DNA of 64,000 nt from the human T2T-CHM13v2.0 reference genome, Homo sapiens. A program made the translations under genes and the position numbers. Where the stretch lies: NCBI RefSeq assembly GCF_009914755.1, contig NC_060926.1. The stretch is one strand, 5' to 3'. Positions within the stretch are counted from its first letter, which is position 1. Each line of letters begins with the position of its first letter. Shown in pieces: positions 59,539-64,000 of this stretch. The notes beneath the pieces were generated by a model. That model searched no databases. It saw only the letters and a list, made by a program, of their open reading frames with translations, and was not told the DNA's origin.

Positions 59539-64000
<4,462 letters not shown>

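Overview
AT-rich primate genomic DNA, very likely human or great ape, judged from AluY/AluS, L1PA, THE1/MST and Tigger content. It is dominated by nested transposable elements, and I find no intact cellular protein-coding gene. The one recognisable gene-derived feature is a decayed, 5'-truncated minus-strand pseudogene of mitochondrial ribosomal protein MRPL50 (coding remnant 17855-18241), which the ORF track missed. Main elements: a near full-length L1PA10-12-class L1 (26957-33440) carrying a 109-bp young L1 insertion; an old L1MB-type L1 (36715-55756) hosting L1PB, AluY, L1PA4, a 7.5-kb antisense L1MA and a full-length Tigger1; an internally deleted Tigger2; four MaLR solo LTRs with 5-bp TSDs; and a 5'-complete L1PA4-like element (59539 to window end). 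That last element has dead ORF1/ORF2 but an open 160-codon antisense ORF0 that runs out into flanking DNA. Smaller observations include templated and inverted micro-insertions, tiny TSD-flanked inserts, an old 170-bp local duplication and a candidate spliced exon in unique DNA. I see no convincing new biological system. Subfamily calls come from remembered consensus motifs and need RepeatMasker/Dfam confirmation.
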